This document shows, piece by piece, positions 59,120-64,000 of a stretch of 64,000 bases of DNA. This stretch comes from Acetatifactor sp. (lineage in GTDB: Bacteria; Bacillota; Clostridia; Lachnospirales; Lachnospiraceae): positions 29,860 through 93,859 of the forward strand of contig JBGVKL010000086.1 of assembly GCA_045123675.1 (NCBI GenBank), written 5' to 3'. The position numbers were made by a program, and so were the translations under genes. Below the pieces are notes generated by a model. The model was not told the origin of the DNA. It made no database searches and worked only from the letters and a program-made list of their open reading frames with translations. Position 1 is the stretch's first letter. The number at the start of each line of letters is the position of its first letter.

Positions 59120-62100
59120 TTAAGCTTCCTTATTCCAAATCTTCTTTTTTCTTGAAGAAATAACGATACCTAAGCCACTCAATAGCATAAGCATGAACGC
59201 ATACCCTGTACCGGTATTATATCCTGTCTTTGGTACTTCGTCCTTCTTATCATCCGCGGGTTTGCTTACATTTGCATCTCCTGATGTTTGACCGCCATTG
59301 CTTCCCTGAGTCGGATTGTTATTGTCATTATTTCCCGGTGTTGTATTAGTATTATCATCCACCGGTACATCCTTATAAATAATCGCATAAGTTGAGAACT
59401 TATCTGACTCAAATGTAAATTCACCTGTTGCGGCGTTAAAGGTTCCACTGATTATTTCTACCTTTCCATCATGTAATCTGATAATCTTAAACTCACGTAA
59501 AATATTCTTATCACGATTTATCAATTTACCGGGAATGGTTATGGTAATTTTCATTGGAATACCTGGCTCTGAAATTTCTTGTTTAGCTCCGCTTCCTACC
59601 TGTTTAAACAAATCTGCATCAAAATAAGTAATCTCCGGATTCTCACCCATAATCCGGCTTGCTTCCTCTTCAATCTTAGCCTTATCAGTTGATGCAATAG
59701 CACCTTCATCCGTCTTGCCGATTTCAAGCCAGATTCTTGCATCTGCTCCATCTTCAATCTGTGTTTTTTCTGCGTCTGTAAAGATATTACCGGCGTCTAA
59801 TAATTCTTCTTTTGAATTATTAAGTGTTACTTCATCAATCGGTGCTTCCGGCTCAACCTCTGCATCTTTTTCAAGATTATCATTATCGTCTGTTGTTCCG
59901 GTTGCAGGAATAACTACTACCTTTTTCTGGCCACAACCATTTGTACAAAGGGTTTCCTTCTTTCCTTCCTCTGTCGCAGTTGCTTCTTTGATGACTGTCC
60001 ATTCGCCGGTCCAGTCATGCTCAAGAGCTGCTACCTTAATTGCTTCTGCTGTAATTGTAGTGGTTCCGTTTGCATCTGTAAACAAGCTATCACAACCGGA
60101 GCATGTATAGTATACCGTATTACCCTCTTCGGTACAGGTTGCTGCTTTTGCAGGTACCTGGGTCAAAGAATGGGTATGAACAGAAGGTTTTTCTGTTACT
60201 GTTAAAGTTGCGATATCTGATGTTACACTTCCGCCTTCATTTGATACGATACACTGATACTTAAATCCATCGCAGTCCATATCTACTGTAGACGTTGTAT
60301 AAGATGCACTTGTTGCACCATTAAGATTCACAAATCCGTTACCATCATTTCTATCAATCTTCCACTGGTAAGTTAAATTCTCACCGGTTGCTGTTATACT
60401 AAAGGTTGTGGTATTACCATCTTCTGCAGTCTTATTCTCAGGCTGAATTGTAATCACAGGAGCATCTACAGCCTCTACTCCGGTTGCAGGAATAACTTCT
60501 TCCTTCTTCTCTCCACAGCCTCTTGTACAAAGGGTCTCCTTCTTTCCTTCCTCTGTCGCAGTCGCTTCTTTAACAACTGTCCATTCTCCTGTCCAGTCGT
60601 GCTCAAGAGCTGCTATCTTTACTGCTTCTGCTGTAGTTGTAGTAGTTCCGTTGGCATCTGCAAATAAATTATCACAACCGGAACATGTGTAGTATACCAT
60701 ATTACCCTCTTCGGTACAGGTTGCTGCTTTTGCAGGTACCTGGGTCAAAGAATGAGTATGAACAGAAGGTTTTTCTGTTACCGTTAAAGTTGCGATATCT
60801 GATGTTACACTTCCGCCTTCATTTGATACGATACACTGGTACTTAAATCCATCGCAATCCATATCTACTGTAGACGTTGTATAAGATGCACTTGTTGCAC
60901 CATTAAGGTTCACAAATCCGTTACCATCATTTCTATCAATCTTCCACTGGTAAGTTAAATTCTCACCGGTTGCTGTTATACTAAAGGTTGTGGTATTACC
61001 ATCTTCTGCAGTCTTATTCTCAGGCTGAATTGTAATAATAGGAGCAGTTATAACCGGTTCACTCTGGCTTGGACTTACTACAACTGTTGTATCTGCTGCA
61101 ATGCCGGTGAGTTCATAATAATAACCCTCTTCACCTGCACTCAACATTTCACTTATGGTTGCGCCTTCTGCTGCTACTGTAAACTCTGAATCTGCAAATA
61201 CTCTTACTTTTCCACCTTCCGGCATTGCGATTGCAGCATTATTTTCCTGCGTATTCGCTACATTATTTCCCTCGCTATCATATGTATAGAGATCAACATA
61301 TCCCTCTGCATAGTTTGTTCTGTCAAGGGTAATGTTATATGTAGGGTCACCACCCTGTGTAATTGATTCAATTACGATTGTAATATCACCCTGGATATTA
61401 GTTATCACATAACCGCACTCGGCAGCGCCCTGCTGCAAATCACTTACATCTGCTAAATTATTCTCTACTGCCACTTTAAAATTAGGAGTAGTACTAGCTA
61501 CTATAACACTACCACCTACCGGGATTTCAACTTTATCTCCATTAGCGACCTCAATAGCATCTATATCATATCCATCGCTATCAAATCTTATAACTGCTAA
61601 TGGAGCATCTTCAGTAAATCCTTCACAGTCAATTGTAAGTTCATATGTTTGTTCTTGTGTAGTTACTTTATTAACAACAACTGTTGTATCTGCTGTAATA
61701 CCGGTGAGTTCATAATAATAACCTTCTTCACCTGCACTCAACATTTCACTTACAGTTGCGCCTTCTGCTGTTACTGTAAACTCTGAATCTGCAAATACTC
61801 TTACTTTTCCACCTTCCGGCATTGCGATTGCAGCATTATTTTCCTGAGTATTCGCTACATTACTTCCCTCGCTATCATATGTATAGAGATCAACATATCC
61901 CTCTGCATAATTTGTTCTGTCAAGGGTGATATCATATGTAACTTCTTGAGTTCCACCAGCTTCATCCTTAGGAACGAATGCTACATGCAATCCATCAGTA
62001 TTACTTGGATACCATATACTATCTATCTCTAGTTTATCAGACTCATAGTTAATAGCAGATGCATCTACAACCTCGTTTCTATTGGCAAATAAATACCCAT

Positions 62101-64000
62101 CTAAACAGTGAGTAATATATACAACTGCATATTCATATTCTTTTGAACTATCAGAAAGTTCAGGAAGATGACTTTCATTCCACACTTCAGTCCATGTATT
62201 CGTTGTACCTTTTTCTCTAGCACCTAAATAATAAGTTCTAAAATAATTATTATCAAATTCTAATTCTGTACAATTATCTTTATCTTTTATAGTAACATTA
62301 AAAAGATTACTAAAATCATATAACTCCCAATTATAAAATTCTTCGATGTCAAGTGTTTCCGCACTTAATAAAGAAATTAAATCTTCAAAACCTTCTGCAT
62401 TTCCTGTTGTTTCTGTAACCGTTGCAGTACCAAATCCTGCCTCATCCAAAACATGTACTCTTACAGTATTAGATTTTACCTTTTCATTTCCAATTGTTAC
62501 TTCACAATAAAAATAATTATCTCCAACAGTAACATAATCCTTTACATGGAACTCATCAGCGTTCCCACCATCGTCTACAACAGGATTTTCATTACCATCA
62601 TATTTGTGCCATTCGTATGTTTTTGGGCTACTTCCATTAGTATTATTTTCTACATATGCTACGAGCAGCTTATCACAACCCTTGGTTATAATATTATCTT
62701 CAAAAACAACATTAACACTAAATGAAGCAGTTCCACCTTCTGGTTCTTGTGTAGTTGCATCGTTTACTATAATTGTAGTAGCATTTGTAAAACCACTTAT
62801 CTTATAAATACATGCACCTGCATCATCTGGAATCTTATCTATACTTACTCCGTTATCTGATGCTGTTACTTCATATTCAACACCAAAACTTGCCAAAGAA
62901 AGAAAATCATTTGTTGTTATATTAATTGTATTCTCCACAACAGGTTCAAATGAGGCAGCCTCATTTATACAATAATATAATTCTCCAGAAAAGTTTGACT
63001 TATCCAATGTAACAGCAACTGTTTCACCTGCTGGTGGAGTTGTTGATTCAACTACGACTGTGATATTGCCTTTGATTTCAGATATGTAATAACCACTCTC
63101 TGCCTGACCAACCATAAGATCACCTACTTTTGCCAAAGCAGCATCACTTACTGTTACTTTAAAATTGCTACTATTGCTCATTACTAGAAGCCCACCATCT
63201 TTTGGGATTTCAACTGTACTTCCATTAGTGAGCTCAATAGGTTCACCCATTTCATAGCCATCACTATCAAATCTCAAAGCCGCTAATAAAGCTCCTTCAG
63301 CAAGGTTTGTACTGTCAATAGTAACTGTACATGAATCAGTTGTTGGAGTTGTTGATTCAACTACGACTGTGATATTGCCTTTGATTTCAGATATGTAATA
63401 ACCACTCTCCGCCTGACCAACCATAAGATCACCTACTTTTGCCAAAGTAGTATCACTTACTGTTACTTTGAAATTACTACTATTGCTCATTACTAGAAGC
63501 CCACCATCTTTTGGGATTTCAACTGTACTTCCATTAGTGAGCTCAATAGGTTCATCCATATCATTGCCATCACTATCAAGTTTCACAGCTGCTAATAAAG
63601 CTCCTTCCGCAAGGTTTGTGCTGTCAATGGTAATGTTATATGTTTGTATTTCCGTTTTGAGTGCATCGGAAACAGAACCGGATACGGGTTCGCCATTTAC
63701 ATAAACAGAACCTGCTAATGCATCTTTATCACAATCCATCATATCACATACAGCAGTAAGATATGGCCACTTCGAGTATTCAGCACTACCTGTATTTAGT
63801 TTGCTGTAGCTTGAATTTTTTAAAACTGTACCCACCAGATATTCTTTGCCTTTTTCACCTTGATACTCTAGCGTTATTTCATGCTCACCATCCGATGTTG
63901 TCACTGAAGTTTGAGCTAAAATAGCTGGTCTTCCATTTTCTCCTGAGGTATCGTTCTTATCCCATAAGTAAAAATACCATGTTCCTGGGGCTGTATCATT
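59120..64000 (-). CDS. Giant sortase-anchored surface protein (>1620 aa), partial; the frame is open to the window end
   Basis: No stop codon from 64000 to 59120; duplicated Ig-like and His/Cys modules; C-terminal VPKTG, hydrophobic stretch and basic tail. Confidence 0.9.
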   Translation of the reverse strand, partial: NDTAPGTWYFYLWDKNDTSGENGRPAILAQTSVTTSDGEHEITLEYQGEKGKEYLVGTVLKNSSYSKLNTGSAEYSKWPYLTAVCDMMDCDKDALAGSVYVNGEPVSGSVSDALKTEIQTYNITIDSTNLAEGALLAAVKLDSDGNDMDEPIELTNGSTVEIPKDGGLLVMSNSSNFKVTVSDTTLAKVGDLMVGQAESGYYISEIKGNITVVVESTTPTTDSCTVTIDSTNLAEGALLAALRFDSDGYEMGEPIELTNGSTVEIPKDGGLLVMSNSSNFKVTVSDAALAKVGDLMVGQAESGYYISEIKGNITVVVESTTPPAGETVAVTLDKSNFSGELYYCINEAASFEPVVENTINITTNDFLSLASFGVEYEVTASDNGVSIDKIPDDAGACIYKISGFTNATTIIVNDATTQEPEGGTASFSVNVVFEDNIITKGCDKLLVAYVENNTNGSSPKTYEWHKYDGNENPVVDDGGNADEFHVKDYVTVGDNYFYCEVTIGNEKVKSNTVRVHVLDEAGFGTATVTETTGNAEGFEDLISLLSAETLDIEEFYNWELYDFSNLFNVTIKDKDNCTELEFDNNYFRTYYLGAREKGTTNTWTEVWNESHLPELSDSSKEYEYAVVYITHCLDGYLFANRNEVVDASAINYESDKLEIDSIWYPSNTDGLHVAFVPKDEAGGTQEVTYDITLDRTNYAEGYVDLYTYDSEGSNVANTQENNAAIAMPEGGKVRVFADSEFTVTAEGATVSEMLSAGEEGYYYELTGITADTTVVVNKVTTQEQTYELTIDCEGFTEDAPLAVIRFDSDGYDIDAIEVANGDKVEIPVGGSVIVASTTPNFKVAVENNLADVSDLQQGAAECGYVITNIQGDITIVIESITQGGDPTYNITLDRTNYAEGYVDLYTYDSEGNNVANTQENNAAIAMPEGGKVRVFADSEFTVAAEGATISEMLSAGEEGYYYELTGIAADTTVVVSPSQSEPVITAPIITIQPENKTAEDGNTTTFSITATGENLTYQWKIDRNDGNGFVNLNGATSASYTTSTVDMDCDGFKYQCIVSNEGGSVTSDIATLTVTEKPSVHTHSLTQVPAKAATCTEEGNMVYYTCSGCDNLFADANGTTTTTAEAVKIAALEHDWTGEWTVVKEATATEEGKKETLCTRGCGEKKEEVIPATGVEAVDAPVITIQPENKTAEDGNTTTFSITATGENLTYQWKIDRNDGNGFVNLNGATSASYTTSTVDMDCDGFKYQCIVSNEGGSVTSDIATLTVTEKPSVHTHSLTQVPAKAATCTEEGNTVYYTCSGCDSLFTDANGTTTITAEAIKVAALEHDWTGEWTVIKEATATEEGKKETLCTNGCGQKKVVVIPATGTTDDNDNLEKDAEVEPEAPIDEVTLNNSKEELLDAGNIFTDAEKTQIEDGADARIWLEIGKTDEGAIASTDKAKIEEEASRIMGENPEITYFDADLFKQVGSGAKQEISEPGIPMKITITIPGKLINRDKNILREFKIIRLHDGKVEIISGTFNAATGEFTFESDKFSTYAIIYKDVPVDDNTNTTPGNNDNNNPTQGSNGGQTSGDANVSKPADDKKDEVPKTGYNTGTGYAFMLMLLSGLGIVISSRKKKIWNKEA
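59895..61045. repeat. Two near-identical 582-bp (194-aa) units, each an Ig-like domain plus an HTH..ATCTEEG..CSGC..HDW module
   Basis: GGCTGAATTG occurs at 60441 and 61023 with long identical flanks. Confidence 0.9.
61081..61938. repeat. Two ~260-bp copies (offset 597 bp) of the YDITLDRTNYAEG module, separated by a diverged copy of the 309-bp module
   Basis: CAACTGTTGTATCTGCTG at 61081 and 61678. Confidence 0.88.
63035..63635. repeat. Two near-identical 309-bp (103-aa) tandem units (TIDSTNLAEGALL...)
   Basis: ACTACGACTGTGATATTGCC at 63051 and 63360. Confidence 0.9.

Noticed and set aside
1-64000. Prophage, IS, integron, rRNA or tRNA
   Set aside because: No integrase, transposase, phage structural gene or structural-RNA signature recognised.

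Overview
Chromosomal window from a low-GC Gram-positive spore-former; gene content suggests Lachnospiraceae/Clostridia. Most genes lie on the minus strand. I recognised no rRNA, tRNA, CRISPR array, transposase or integrase. Main blocks: (1) 1-7.4 kb: DUF1836, an ABC-2 exporter, a zinc-ribbon membrane protein, spmA and DUF362. (2) 7.4-17.7 kb: a GH74+GH31 xyloglucan pair without signal peptides, two lipoproteins, and a DUF6472-lrgA-GH26-lrgB operon. (3) 17.8-18.1 kb: an unexplained intergenic array of four 35-bp palindromic units (TGGGYAT-N21-ATACCCA) with unique 21-nt interiors. (4) 18.2-32.5 kb: the conserved yaaO-(tmk)-yaaR-holB-yaaT-yabB-rsmI locus, carrying pyk, a guanylate-kinase-like gene where tmk usually sits, and several insertions. 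(5) 32.5-48.4 kb: a ~16-kb, ten-gene phosphorelay operon: pncA, two orphan BMP binding proteins, three hybrid kinases (one with an ECF-S-component-like plus beta-propeller input), REC-HD-GYP, a divergent DegV, REC-Hpt and REC-REC, with no DNA-binding output. (6) 48.5-55.7 kb: small regulator modules (MerR-TM/ybjQ/yhfC, AbrB/MGT glycosyltransferase, GntR/DUF5808), a frameshifted DUF3237-like gene and a CE1 esterase. (7) 55.8-64 kb: an AT-richer block with Cache-GGDEF, a class B sortase and a giant repeat-built surface protein running off the window. The best candidates for an undescribed system are the phosphorelay operon and the palindrome array. Family assignments come from reading motifs, not from database searches.
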